A stretch of DNA of 64,000 nucleotides from Armatimonadota bacterium. Lineage in GTDB: Bacteria > Armatimonadota > SYMT01. Numbering within the stretch: the stretch's first letter is position 1; the number at the start of each line of letters is the position of its first letter. The DNA lies in assembly GCA_046292385.1 (NCBI GenBank), contig JBKBRF010000016.1, positions 1 to 64,000 on the forward strand. The letters run 5' to 3'. Positions 20,208-29,997 of the stretch are shown piece by piece. Below the pieces are notes generated by a model. That model was not told where the DNA came from, did no database searches, and was given only the letters and a program-made list of their open reading frames with translations. The position numbers and the translations under genes were made by a program.

Positions 20208-21995
20208 TTAAAGAGGCTCTTCCCCCTCCGGCGGCGTGACCGGCTCCTCCGGCTCGGGCTCCGCGGCGTTCCGCAGCAGGTTGAGGAGCGACCTCGCCTG
20301 CCGCGCTTCCGGCGCCAGCTTGAGGGTTTGCTCCAGCAGCGGGATGCCCAGCTCCTTGTCCCGGCGCTGCGCGTAGTACTGCCCCCGCGGGTAGTAGAGC
20401 GCCCACCAGTCCGGCTTCCGCTCCGCCGCGCCGCGGAGCAGCTCTTGCGCGGCTTGCGTGGCGCCTCCCGCCGCGTAGACCCGCGCCAGGGCATACGCCG
20501 CCGGCCAGGCCTGCGGCTCGCGGCGGACCACTTCCTGCAGGATCGCGCGCCAGCCGGTGGCCGCGGCGGAGAAGCGCCCGCGCACCTCGAGCTCGCCCGC
20601 CTCGTCCTCCAGCTCGCGCCGCCAGAGGAATCCGGCCCAGCGCTCGTCCCCGCGGGAATACGCCAGGCTCCGGGCCGCGGCCGTATCGCCCAGGTAGGCG
20701 CGGAAGGCGGCGACCTCCATCCCCGCGGAGGTGCGGGTCTCCCCGCCCAGCGCGGCGGCGGCGTCCAGCTCCTTCCGGGCGGCGTCCTTCTCGCCGGCGG
20801 CGAGGCGCGCGACTGCCGCCCGGTAGCGGGCAATCAGGACGTCGTTCTGCCGGCTCGGGCGCCGGTTCTCCGGATCGGCTGCCTCGCGGTCCGCCGCCTG
20901 CGAGAGCGCCGCCGCCGCCGCGGGCCAGTCGCCCTTGAGCGCCAGCAGCGAGCCCCAGTTGGTCACGACCAGGGCCGAAGCGTCCGGCGCCTTCGCCATC
21001 TCCGCGTAGAGCTTCTCCGCGTCGGGGTAGCGGCGCGTCCGGATCAGGTGGTTCGCCAGCGCCAGGTTGGCCTGGGCCCGGAGCGTGGGGCTCTTCTCCG
21101 ACTCTGCCCGTGCGAGAAGCCGCCGCAGCACCTGCTCCGCCTGCTCCGTGCCGCCCAGGCTGCCGTGGAGACGCGCGAGCTGAAGGTAGAGCGCCTCCGC
21201 GTTCGGGTGCTTCTTGATCCCCTCTTCATACTCCGCGATGGCGTCCGCGTACTTCTGGAGCGCGGCGTACTTCTCCCCGCGGAGGCGGAAAGCGTCGACC
21301 GTCGCCGGCGCCAGCTTCAGGTACTCCACGGCGGCGGCGTCTTCCTGGGGACCGCGGTTCAGCTGCCGGTTCATCTCCACCAGCAGCAGCCAGGCCTCCG
21401 CGCGGTCCGGCTGCGCCATCACGACCGCTTCCATCGCTTCGAGGCCGCGCGGCCCCTGGCCCAGCACCCGCGCGTAGAGGTAGCCGAGCGCGTAGCTCCA
21501 GTCCGGCGAGCGCGGCGCGGCTCCCAGCCCCTTCGCCGCCACCGCCACCGCTTCCGCGGCGCGGTCCGCCGGAACCAGCCGGCCGATGAGCCGCTCCACC
21601 TCCGCCCGGTTACCCAGCGCGAACTGGCTGATGAGCAGTCCGCCGGGCGGCGCCACCCCCTCCGGCAGCAGCTTCCGCTCCGCCTCGAACGCCTGCAGCG
21701 CCGGCTCCGCCTCGCCGGCGTCGAGGTAGAGCCACCCGGCCTGGTCCCACAGCTCCGGATCGTTCTCCACCAGCTCCGCCGCCTGGCGCACCAGCGGCGC
21801 CGCCTCGCCCGGCTTTCGCAGCCGGATCAGCTCGTCTGCCTGGTTGGTGAGCTGCACCGCCCGCGCCTCCCGCCGCCGCGCCTCCGGGTCGCGCCCCTCC
21901 CCCTGCGCCAGGGACGCGCCCGCGGGGAGCAGCGCCGAGATCGCCAGCGCGGCCGCGAGGAGCCGCCGGGAATGAGAGGTGGAAGTGGGTGCCAT
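20208..21995 (-). CDS. Tetratricopeptide repeat protein, secreted
   Basis: Signal peptide and many TPR-like helix pairs (e.g. YADAIAEYEEGIKKHPNAEALYLQLA). Confidence 0.82.
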   Translation of the reverse strand: MAPTSTSHSRRLLAAALAISALLPAGASLAQGEGRDPEARRREARAVQLTNQADELIRLRKPGEAAPLVRQAAELVENDPELWDQAGWLYLDAGEAEPALQAFEAERKLLPEGVAPPGGLLISQFALGNRAEVERLIGRLVPADRAAEAVAVAAKGLGAAPRSPDWSYALGYLYARVLGQGPRGLEAMEAVVMAQPDRAEAWLLLVEMNRQLNRGPQEDAAAVEYLKLAPATVDAFRLRGEKYAALQKYADAIAEYEEGIKKHPNAEALYLQLARLHGSLGGTEQAEQVLRRLLARAESEKSPTLRAQANLALANHLIRTRRYPDAEKLYAEMAKAPDASALVVTNWGSLLALKGDWPAAAAALSQAADREAADPENRRPSRQNDVLIARYRAAVARLAAGEKDAARKELDAAAALGGETRTSAGMEVAAFRAYLGDTAAARSLAYSRGDERWAGFLWRRELEDEAGELEVRGRFSAAATGWRAILQEVVRREPQAWPAAYALARVYAAGGATQAAQELLRGAAERKPDWWALYYPRGQYYAQRRDKELGIPLLEQTLKLAPEARQARSLLNLLRNAAEPEPEEPVTPPEGEEPL

Positions 21996-22093
21996 GCTCA
22001 GGTTAGACGTGTCGTCTAGGGTCCAGGGTTTAGGGATTAGGGTCTGCGCTGGCGATTGGTTTTCCAAATCCGAATGCTCCATGCGCCTACGGG

Positions 22094-22188
22094 GCCTCAC
22101 CCTCGGTCCCTCTCCTGAGAGGAGAGGGACGGGTGTGAAGCTGTGGCTCCCCCTTCCACTTCAGGGAAGGGGGCTGGGGGGATAGGCC
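22094..22188. repeat. REP-like element, same family as 3093-3195
   Basis: CCCCCTTCCACTTCAGGGAAGGGGGCTGGGGGG identical to the 3093 copy. Confidence 0.85.
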
Positions 22189-22254
22189 GCGCCAGAACGC
22201 TGGTCCACCGGTCCTTCGACTGACCCCTGACACCCGGCCGCTGTAACCTGATCC

Positions 22255-23133
22255 CTAACTCTCTCCAAACAGCGCGTTGGCGAACTCGCGGGGGCGGAAG
22301 ACGTCGAAGTCGGTCGCTTTCTCGCCGGTGCCGACGAACTTGATCGGGATGCCGAGCTCGTCCTTGACCGTCAGGATCACGCCGCCGCGGGCGGTGCCGT
22401 CCAGCTTCGTGAGGACGATGCCGGTGAGCGGGATCGCCTCGGAGAAGCTCTTCGCCTGGAGGACCGCGTTCTGGCCGAGGGTGGCGTCGAGGACCAGGAG
22501 CACCTCGTCCGCCGGGCGGCCGAGCGCCCGCTCCGAGATGCGGGCGACCTTCCGCAGCTCTTCCATCAGGTGGTCTTTCGTGTGGAGACGGCCCGCCGTG
22601 TCCGCGAGCACCAGGTCGGCCCCGCGCGCCTTCGCCGCCTGCACCGCGTCGAAGACCACCGCGGCGGGGTCGCCGCCTTCCTTGCCGCGGACGAGGTCGC
22701 ACCCGGTCCGCTGCGCCCAGATCTCGAGCTGGTCGATCGCCGCCGCGCGGAACGTGTCCGCCGCCGCCAGCAGCACCCGCCGCCCCTGGCGCTTGTAGTG
22801 CTCCGCCATCTTGGCTACGGAGGTGGTCTTCCCGGTGCCGTTCACGCCGACCACCAGCACGAGGGTCGGCGGTGCCGGCGCCCAGTTCAGCTCCCGGTCG
22901 CCCTCCGCCAGCAGCCGCTCGATCTCCCCCTTCAGCCACTCCTGCACCTCTTCCGCGGTGGTGAGGCGCTGCTTGCGGGTGGCGGTGCGGAGGTCCTGCA
23001 CCAGCCGCGTAGCGGTATCGACGCCGACGTCCGAGAGGATCAGCGTCTCCTCCAGCTCGTCGAACAGCTCCTCGTCGATTGCGGTCCGGCCGGTGAAGAG
23101 CTGGGTGACCTTATTGAACAGTCCGCGGAACAT
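22255..23133 (-). CDS. ftsY: Signal recognition particle receptor FtsY
   Basis: GVNGTGKTT, DTFRAAA, DTAGRL, TKLDGTARGG. Confidence 0.97.
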   Translation of the reverse strand: MFRGLFNKVTQLFTGRTAIDEELFDELEETLILSDVGVDTATRLVQDLRTATRKQRLTTAEEVQEWLKGEIERLLAEGDRELNWAPAPPTLVLVVGVNGTGKTTSVAKMAEHYKRQGRRVLLAAADTFRAAAIDQLEIWAQRTGCDLVRGKEGGDPAAVVFDAVQAAKARGADLVLADTAGRLHTKDHLMEELRKVARISERALGRPADEVLLVLDATLGQNAVLQAKSFSEAIPLTGIVLTKLDGTARGGVILTVKDELGIPIKFVGTGEKATDFDVFRPREFANALFGES

Positions 23134-23271
23134 CAAAAGACCCTTTCGAGAGCGGCGCGCGGGCGGAAGCGGCCCTGGCTGTTATACCCCACGCCTTCCC
23201 CGGTGTTTGCGGGAACCGATCTTCAGGCGGCAGGGGAGGCGCCGGCAGGGGCGATCTCGAACGAGAGGCCC

Positions 23272-24120
23272 GTGGAAGACCAAGCCCCTGCCCCGCCCTC
23301 GCCCGCCCGCCGGGCGCCGGCGCGCCGTGCGAACGACCTCTCCGGCGCGGAGTGGACCCGCCACTCGATCTCCGTCTGGAGCGACCTCAAGAAGACCCCC
23401 GCCGAGACCGCGCTGAAGCACCCGGCGATGTTCCCGACCTCCCTCGTGGAGCGGGTGATCCGCAGCTTCACGCGGGAGGGCGACGGCCCGATCCTCGACC
23501 CGTTCTGCGGCTCCGGCTCCACGCTGGTCGCCGCCGCGGGGCTGGGGCGGACGGGGGTCGGCTTCGAGGTGAGCGAGGAATACGCGGAGCTGACCGAGCG
23601 CCGCCTGCGGGAGATCGACCCGCCGGCAAGCTGGACCCTCCACCGCGAGAGCGCGCTCCACGTGCCGGATCGGCTGGCGCCGGGGAGCGCCGCGCTCTGC
23701 TTCACCTCCCCACCCTACTGGGACGTGCTCGCCCGCAAGCGCACCGCCGACTACCGCGACGTCCGGGACTACGCCGGCGCGGAAGGCGACCTCTCCCGGG
23801 TGGCCGACTACGACGAGTTCGTCGAGGCGCTGGGCCGCATCTTCGACGGCGTCTACACCGTCCTGCGCCCGGGCGCCTACTGCGTGGTTAACGTGATGGA
23901 CCTGCGCAAGAAGGACCGCTTCTACCCGCTCCACAGCGACCTCGCCGCCCGGCTCTCTAACCCAGATCGCGGCGGCCGCTTCATCTACGACGACCTGATC
24001 GTCTGGGACCGCCGCGCCGACTACAACAGCTTCCGCCCGCTCGGCTACCCCGCCGTCTTCCGCATCAACAAAGCCCACGAGTTCCTGCTCATCTTTCGCA
24101 GGCCTCCAGGACAAGTGTAA
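23272..24120 (+). CDS. Orphan N4-C/N6-A DNA methyltransferase
   Basis: HPAMFP, DPFCGSGST (motif I) and TSPPYW (motif IV); start uncertain. Confidence 0.85.
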   Translation: MEDQAPAPPSPARRAPARRANDLSGAEWTRHSISVWSDLKKTPAETALKHPAMFPTSLVERVIRSFTREGDGPILDPFCGSGSTLVAAAGLGRTGVGFEVSEEYAELTERRLREIDPPASWTLHRESALHVPDRLAPGSAALCFTSPPYWDVLARKRTADYRDVRDYAGAEGDLSRVADYDEFVEALGRIFDGVYTVLRPGAYCVVNVMDLRKKDRFYPLHSDLAARLSNPDRGGRFIYDDLIVWDRRADYNSFRPLGYPAVFRINKAHEFLLIFRRPPGQV

Positions 24121-24419
24121 GAAAAGGGGATGTGGGGATAGGAACGGGGATGAGGGGGATGGGAACCTTCCGAACTCAGACTCCTACTCTTACTCGTTCT
24201 CCTACTCCTACTCAAGAGGCTGACCGAGTCGGAGCGGCCAGGCGACAAGCGATGAGCTGCCTCGAGACATGGTCCGGACTTTAGCCTTTTGACTCTAGCC
24301 TTTTCTTACACGTCCCTAAAGCGCAGGGAAAGCGCGGTAGCTGGCCTAACCGAAAGGCGTATCCTTGCCCGGTCTCGGGCGTTACAGACGCGGGAGTGTC
24401 GTTCTTTCGGAGTGACCTT

Positions 24420-25034
24420 ATGGCCGATGCCACCAGCCTGAACTGCCCGTCGTGCGGGGCGCCGCTGCCGATCGAGCACCGCTTCGTGAAGATGGTCGCC
24501 TGCCAGTACTGCGGCGCCGTCTCCGAGGTGACCGATGCCGGGCTGGACCCGACCGGCAAGACGGCGAAGCTGGCGCCGCTGCCGACCCGCTTCCGCGTGG
24601 GTCAGCGGGGCAGGCTGCAGGGGCGGCCGTTCCAGGTGCTGGGGCGGGTGCGGTACGCCAACGAGGACGGTCCGTGGGACGAGTGGTACCTAGCCTTCGA
24701 GGACGGGGACGCCGCCTGGCTGGAAGAGGAAGAGGGCGAGTACACGGTCTCCCGGCGCGAGCGCCTGCGCACCCCCGCGCCGCTCTTTGACGAGGCGCGG
24801 GTCGGGAGCCGGTGGACGGTCAACGACTACCCGTTCTTCGTCACCGAGCGGTGCCGCGCGCGGGTGGCCGGGGCCGAGGGACAGCTCTTTTTCCGCGCGG
24901 TGCCGGGCACGCCGGTGCAGTTCCTGGACGGGAACATCGGCGGGCGGATGGCCTACCTGGAGTACGGCGAGGACGAGATCGAGTTCGGAATCGGCGAGCC
25001 GGTGCCGCGCAGCGCGGTGGAGCTGGAGGGGTAG
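24420..25034 (+). CDS. Zn-ribbon + DUF4178 domain protein
   Basis: CPSCG..CQYCG, then VLGRVRY..WDEWYL..AWLEE. Confidence 0.85.
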   Translation: MADATSLNCPSCGAPLPIEHRFVKMVACQYCGAVSEVTDAGLDPTGKTAKLAPLPTRFRVGQRGRLQGRPFQVLGRVRYANEDGPWDEWYLAFEDGDAAWLEEEEGEYTVSRRERLRTPAPLFDEARVGSRWTVNDYPFFVTERCRARVAGAEGQLFFRAVPGTPVQFLDGNIGGRMAYLEYGEDEIEFGIGEPVPRSAVELEG

Positions 25035-25035
25035 C

Positions 25036-26292
25036 GTGCGGGTCCGGCCGCTCAAGTGCCCGAGCTGCGGCGGGATCGCGACGATCCCGCATGGCGAGAC
25101 GGAGGCGCAGTGCATCCACTGCGGCCAGGCGGTGCGTGCCTCCCAGGCCGTCCTGCAGGAGCAGGCTCGCGCCCGCGCCTTTCCGCCGCGCACGCCCCTG
25201 CGGCCGGGGATGAAGGCGCGCTTCCGCGGGCAGGAGTACGAGGCAACCGGCCGCGTGGTGCTCCGGCAGAAGGACGACGAAGGCTGGAGCCAGTGGGAGG
25301 AGTGGTACCTCGTCTCGGCGGACGGCGACCTCCTCTACCTGGAGTACGACGAGGGCAAGTGGAAGGTCAGCGAGCCGTTCATCCCACGGGAGCAGGTCGA
25401 CCCGCGGGAGCTGATGGTACGGGCCACTGGCGGCGTGATGCGGCTGGACGGCGCGCTCCACTCGATCCAGGACAGCGGCGAGTGCGAGATCGCCCACGTG
25501 GAGGGCGAGTTCCCCTGGGCGCTGGTGCCCGGCCGGCGGATGCGCTACCTCGACCTGGGCGCCGGCGGGAAGTTCTACAGCATCGAGTGGACCCAGGACG
25601 AGCTGGAGTTCTACCGCGGCGAGTACCTGGACGAGCGCGCCGTGATGATGATGTTCGGGCTGCACCACGTGGTGGCGGAGATGGACCGCCGCGCCCGGGT
25701 GCTCGGCAGCCGCCGCGGCTTCGGAGGGGTGCTCATCGCCGCCGCGCTCGTGGCCCTCTTCTTCTGGATGGTCTCCATGGGCAGCGGCCGGCGGATCAGC
25801 GGCGCCTCCGGCGGGGCGCAGATCGCCCAGCTCGGCCCGGAGGGCCAGCGGTTCGGCCCGTTCCCGCTCCGGGCGGAAGGTCGGGTACACCGCCTGGAGA
25901 TCCACGGCGCCTTGCATGAGCAGTCGGCCTGGATCGGCGCGGTGCTGGAAGACGAGCAGGAGCGGGAGCTGATCACCGTCGACCGCGACATGTGGGACGA
26001 GAGCGGCTACGACTCGGACGGCTACTGGCACGAGTCGGATGTCCACGCCTCGACCGACTTCGTGGTGAAGCAGCCGGGGAGCTACTACCTCCGCCTCTAC
26101 GGGGAGGCGGAGACCGCGGCTTCCAACACGGCGCATGCCCGGTTCATCATCAAGGAAAAGGTGCTCTATCCGATCTACCTAGCGGTGTTCGGCTTCGGGA
26201 TGCTGGTGCTGGGCGTCGGGTTCCTGCTCGCCGGCTCCCCCAGCGGGGTGCAGCGGGCCTGGGAAGGGCTGAAGGCGGCGTCGGATGATTGA
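25036..26292 (+). CDS. Zn-ribbon + DUF4178 membrane protein
   Basis: CPSCG..CIHCG, WEEWYL, EGEFPW; two TM helices flanking a domain with DESGYDSDGYWHE. Confidence 0.85.
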   Translation: MRVRPLKCPSCGGIATIPHGETEAQCIHCGQAVRASQAVLQEQARARAFPPRTPLRPGMKARFRGQEYEATGRVVLRQKDDEGWSQWEEWYLVSADGDLLYLEYDEGKWKVSEPFIPREQVDPRELMVRATGGVMRLDGALHSIQDSGECEIAHVEGEFPWALVPGRRMRYLDLGAGGKFYSIEWTQDELEFYRGEYLDERAVMMMFGLHHVVAEMDRRARVLGSRRGFGGVLIAAALVALFFWMVSMGSGRRISGASGGAQIAQLGPEGQRFGPFPLRAEGRVHRLEIHGALHEQSAWIGAVLEDEQERELITVDRDMWDESGYDSDGYWHESDVHASTDFVVKQPGSYYLRLYGEAETAASNTAHARFIIKEKVLYPIYLAVFGFGMLVLGVGFLLAGSPSGVQRAWEGLKAASDD

Positions 26293-26328
26293 TCGCGGGA
26301 GCCCATACGGAGCCGGGAGGTAGACGAG

Positions 26329-26508
26329 GTGCTGCCGGGATATCGCATCGCGTCGGTGGTCGTGCTGGCGCTGCTGGGGGTGACGCTGGCCGCCTCGTTC
26401 TTCGGCTGGGGCCTGCCGTCCGACGCCTCCATCCGCGCCCGCAGCGCGCGCCAGGGCGGCGTCGGCGGCCGCGTCTTCGTGGGCGGCGGCCCGGGATCCG
26501 GCAAGTAG
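26329..26508 (+). CDS. Small membrane protein (59 aa) with Gly-rich tail ending GGGPGSGK
   Basis: Absent from the ORF track. GGGAGG RBS, GTG start, MLPGYRIASVVVLALLGVTLAASFFGWGLPSDASIRARSARQGGVGGRVFVGGGPGSGK, TAG stop. Confidence 0.85.
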   Translation: MLPGYRIASVVVLALLGVTLAASFFGWGLPSDASIRARSARQGGVGGRVFVGGGPGSGK

Positions 26509-26672
26509 AACTGAGCTGGGGGCTCTTTGTTTGCAGGTTGCAAGTTGGCAGGTTAGAGGTTGCCCCCCGAACAGACGGGGTTCGGAACCGGTTAACCTGC
26601 AACCTGCCAACCTGTAACCGACGATGAAGTAAGTTGACCGGCGGGCTCGGAAAGTGCCCGAAGGAGGACCGA

Positions 26673-26996
26673 GTGAAGCGTCACCTGACGTTGGTATGGG
26701 CCGTGGGCGCTGCCCTGCTGGTGGCCGCGGCGGCCCACGCGCAAACGAACGGCGCGGCCGCCGCCACGAATACGGGCTACCAGCCGCGGAGCATGGTCGA
26801 GGCGATCGTCTCCACCCTCGTCTTCAGCCTGATCGGCATCGTGCTCGCCGTCGTCGGCTTCAAGCTGTTCGACATGGTGATCCCGTTCGACGTGGAGCGG
26901 GAGATCTGCGAGAAGAACAACATCGCCGCGGCGATCCTGGCCGGCGCCATGGTGCTCGGCATCTGCCTCATCGTCGGCTTCGTCGTAATCAGCTAA
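26673..26996 (+). CDS. DUF350 domain membrane protein
   Basis: AAGGAGG RBS; FKLFDMVIPFDVEREICEKNNIAAAILAG. Confidence 0.88.
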   Translation: MKRHLTLVWAVGAALLVAAAAHAQTNGAAAATNTGYQPRSMVEAIVSTLVFSLIGIVLAVVGFKLFDMVIPFDVEREICEKNNIAAAILAGAMVLGICLIVGFVVIS

Positions 26997-27121
26997 AGCA
27001 AGCTCGAAGAAGAGAGAAGAACGATGAAAGAGTCTCGGCCTCTAGGGGCTCTCTGCCTCTCCGTCCCTCTGTCTCTCTGTCGCGAGCGTGAAGTGGTAGT
27101 CCCCCTGGCGAGGAGCAGCCG

Positions 27122-28708
27122 GTGTCCGTAGACGCAGTATCCGAAGCGGTTCCGGAGCGATCCGAGAGTGCGGCCGGCGAGACCGGCGCGGCCGGTGGGG
27201 ACCGGGAGCGCCGGGAGGTGCTGGCGCTGCTCGCCTCCATCTTCCTGGTGGCGGCGTGCGGGCTGGTGTACGAGCTCTTGATCGCCACCGTCTCCTCCTA
27301 CCAGCTCGGCAACAGCGTCACGCAGTTTTCCCTCTCCGTGGGGCTGTTCGTCGGCTCCATGGGGCTCGGCTCCTGGATCTCCCAGCGGATCAACCGGCAC
27401 CTCCTCCCGATCTTCATCTTCCTGGAGCTGGTGCTCGGCGCCGTCGGCGGCCTCTCCGCCACGCTGCTCTTCGCCGCGTACGCCGCCGGCTGGTTCTACC
27501 ACCCGCTCCTCTACGGGCTGCTGGTGCTGATCGGGACGCTCGTCGGCGTGGAGCTGCCGCTGCTGGTGCGGATGCTGAACCCGTACGGACAGCTCCGGAC
27601 GATCGTGGCGCAGGCGCTCTCGTTCGACTACCTCGGCTGCCTGGTCGGCTCGCTCGCCTTTCCGCTCCTGCTGCTGCCGCAGCTGGGGCTGGAGCGCACC
27701 GCCTACGTGGTGGGGCTGGTCAACGTGGCGGTTGCCGCCTATGCGCTGCGGGAGTTCCGCGACCGCTTTCCCGTCCGCCCGCTCCTCGCCGGCTGCGGCG
27801 CCGTCGCCCTGGTGCTGGCGGGGGGTCTCGCCTGGGCGTCCCAGATCCACGGGCTGCTGGAGCGCTCGCTCTACCAGGACGAGGTGATCTACGCGCGCCG
27901 CTCCCGCTACCAGGCCGTCGTCTTCACCCGCTGGCGCGACGACCTGCGGCTGTTCCTCGACGGCAACCTGCAGTTCTCCTCGGTCGACGAGCACCGCTAC
28001 CACGAGGCGCTGGTCCATCCGGTGATGAGCCTCGCCGCCAGCCGCCGCAGCGTGCTGCTGCTCGGCGCGGGTGACGGGCTGGCGGTCCGCGAGATCCTGC
28101 GGCACGAGGGGGTGGAGCGGATCACGCTGGTCGACCTCGACCCGGAGATGACGCGTCTCGGCCGCGACCTCCCCGCGCTGCGGGAGCTGAACCGGAGCTC
28201 GCTGCACGATCCCCGCGTCCGGGTGGTGAATACGGACGCGCACCGGTTCCTGGAGAGCTCGGCGGAGCTGTACGACCTGATCATCGCCGACCTGCCCGAC
28301 CCGAACGGCGACGCCCTGGCGAAGCTCTACTCCGTGGAGTTCTACCGGCTGGCCCACCGGCGCCTCGCGCGCGGCGGCGCCTTCGTGACCCAGTCGACCT
28401 CCCCCTTCTTCTCCCGGGAGGCGTTCTGGTCGATCGCCCGGAGCATGGAAGCGGCGGGCTTCCGGGCGCTCCCCTACCACGCTTACGTGCCTAGCTTCGG
28501 CCAGTGGGGCTTCATCCTGGGGGCCGACCGGCCGCTCGACCTCTCCCGGGTGAAGCTGCCGCCCGGCCTCCGCTACCTGACGCCGGAGCTGCTGCCGACG
28601 CTCACCGTGTTCGACCCGGAGACGGCGGAGGTGCGCGTGGAGCCCTCCACGATCGACCACCCCCGCATCCTGCGCTACTACCTCGACAACTCCCGGGAGT
28701 GGGAATGA
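27122..28708 (+). CDS. speE: Membrane-fused polyamine aminopropyltransferase (spermidine synthase-like)
   Basis: N-terminal multi-TM region (ACGLVYEL), LFLDGNLQFSSVDEHRYHEALVHP, LGAGDG, DLPDP, VPSFGQWGF. Confidence 0.9.
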   Translation: MSVDAVSEAVPERSESAAGETGAAGGDRERREVLALLASIFLVAACGLVYELLIATVSSYQLGNSVTQFSLSVGLFVGSMGLGSWISQRINRHLLPIFIFLELVLGAVGGLSATLLFAAYAAGWFYHPLLYGLLVLIGTLVGVELPLLVRMLNPYGQLRTIVAQALSFDYLGCLVGSLAFPLLLLPQLGLERTAYVVGLVNVAVAAYALREFRDRFPVRPLLAGCGAVALVLAGGLAWASQIHGLLERSLYQDEVIYARRSRYQAVVFTRWRDDLRLFLDGNLQFSSVDEHRYHEALVHPVMSLAASRRSVLLLGAGDGLAVREILRHEGVERITLVDLDPEMTRLGRDLPALRELNRSSLHDPRVRVVNTDAHRFLESSAELYDLIIADLPDPNGDALAKLYSVEFYRLAHRRLARGGAFVTQSTSPFFSREAFWSIARSMEAAGFRALPYHAYVPSFGQWGFILGADRPLDLSRVKLPPGLRYLTPELLPTLTVFDPETAEVRVEPSTIDHPRILRYYLDNSREWE

Positions 28709-29796
28709 GCGCGGAAGCCGCCAGCCCCGGATTGGCCGCACCCGCCGCGCCGGCGCACCCGCCGCTGCGCTGGATCGTGAGCCCGCGGTACGATCTCTGC
28801 TTCTTCATCGGGAGCTGCGTCTTCACGTTCCTCTTCTTCGGGCTCTACCGCTGGGCGCACCACCTCGGCTGGCTCCTGCGCGGCGACCAGATCCTGATCA
28901 CCTACTTCGTCTTCACCGCCTTCTTCGACCACCCCCACATCTTCCAGACGCTGGCGCGCACCCACGGCGACCCGGTGGAGCTGCAGCGGCGGAAGACGCT
29001 TCACACCTGGGGGCTCGCCGGCTTCGTCGCCGTCGGAGGGCTCGTCGTCGTCGCCGGGCTGGAGGCGGAGCTGATCGTCTTCGCCGCCATCTTCGGGACC
29101 TGGCACATCATCCGTCAGCACTCCGGCTTCCTGAAGGTCTACAAGGGGCTCAACGGCGACAAGGCGCCGCTCGACAACTGGCTCGACTTCGGCGTCTTCT
29201 ACACCGGCGCCTTCGCCTGCCTGCTGCACGACTACTCCGACGTGAAGGAGCCGATCCTGATCTACGGGGACCTGCGCGTGGCGTTTCCGGACCTGCCGCC
29301 CGGCCCCGGGGAGTGGCTCTGGACCGCCTTCCTGGTCTTGCTGGTGGCGTTCGGCTTCCGCCAGGTGTGGCTGGTCGGCTCCGGGCAGCGGGTTAACCTG
29401 CCGAAGATCCTGCTCCTGGCGGCGGCGCTGGGCACGCACTACTTCGTCTTCTTCGCCACCGCCACGCCGTTTCTGGTGGCGGAGGCGCTGGAGACCGCCT
29501 ACCACGACGTGCAGTACCAGGGCTGGATCGTCCACTACCAGCGGCGGCGGTTCAACGCGAGGCACGTGGTGCTGAAGTGGGGGCTCGCCGCGCTGGCGTA
29601 CGGCCTGCTGGCAGGGGCGATCGAGACGCTGGGGCTGATGCGGCCGGGCTGGACCTGGCTCTTCGTGCCGTTCACCATGCTGGTGATCTGGCACTATTAC
29701 GTGGACGGCAAGATCTGGAAGGTCAGCGAGGACCCGGAGCTGCGGGACCTGCTGAAGCCGGTTAGGCCGGCCGATCCGGAGGGAGCGAGAGCATGA
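28705..29796 (+). CDS. His-motif integral membrane protein (possible non-heme metal enzyme)
   Basis: DHPHIFQT, WHIIRQHSG, YHDVQY and WHYYVDGKIW in a multi-TM protein; ATGA coupling to speE. Confidence 0.75.
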   Translation: MSAEAASPGLAAPAAPAHPPLRWIVSPRYDLCFFIGSCVFTFLFFGLYRWAHHLGWLLRGDQILITYFVFTAFFDHPHIFQTLARTHGDPVELQRRKTLHTWGLAGFVAVGGLVVVAGLEAELIVFAAIFGTWHIIRQHSGFLKVYKGLNGDKAPLDNWLDFGVFYTGAFACLLHDYSDVKEPILIYGDLRVAFPDLPPGPGEWLWTAFLVLLVAFGFRQVWLVGSGQRVNLPKILLLAAALGTHYFVFFATATPFLVAEALETAYHDVQYQGWIVHYQRRRFNARHVVLKWGLAALAYGLLAGAIETLGLMRPGWTWLFVPFTMLVIWHYYVDGKIWKVSEDPELRDLLKPVRPADPEGARA

Positions 29797-29984
29797 ACGA
29801 AGCGTTGGCAGACCTGGTCGGTCAGAAGGTCCGCGTCTACTCCACCGGCGCCTCCCAGGGCTGGACCGACGACGGCGTGCTGGAGGCGTGGGACCACCCC
29901 TGGCTGCGGATCCGCAAGAACAACGGCGAGACGCTCTGCCTGGCCGTCTACTCCATCCGCCTGATCAAGGCCCTCGGCGAGTAA
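29793..29984 (+). CDS. Small hypothetical protein, possible Sm-like fold
   Basis: 63 aa, coupled by ATGA; LVGQKVRVY..GVLEAWD..LRI pattern. Confidence 0.65.
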   Translation: MNEALADLVGQKVRVYSTGASQGWTDDGVLEAWDHPWLRIRKNNGETLCLAVYSIRLIKALGE

Positions 29985-29997
29985 CACCCCTACGATC

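Noticed and set aside
24300..24400. Possible riboswitch upstream of the DUF4178 operon
   Set aside because: Small hairpins and a GGCCTAA..GAAA fragment, but no complete match to c-di-GMP, SAM or SAH consensus that I can support; an Rfam scan would decide.
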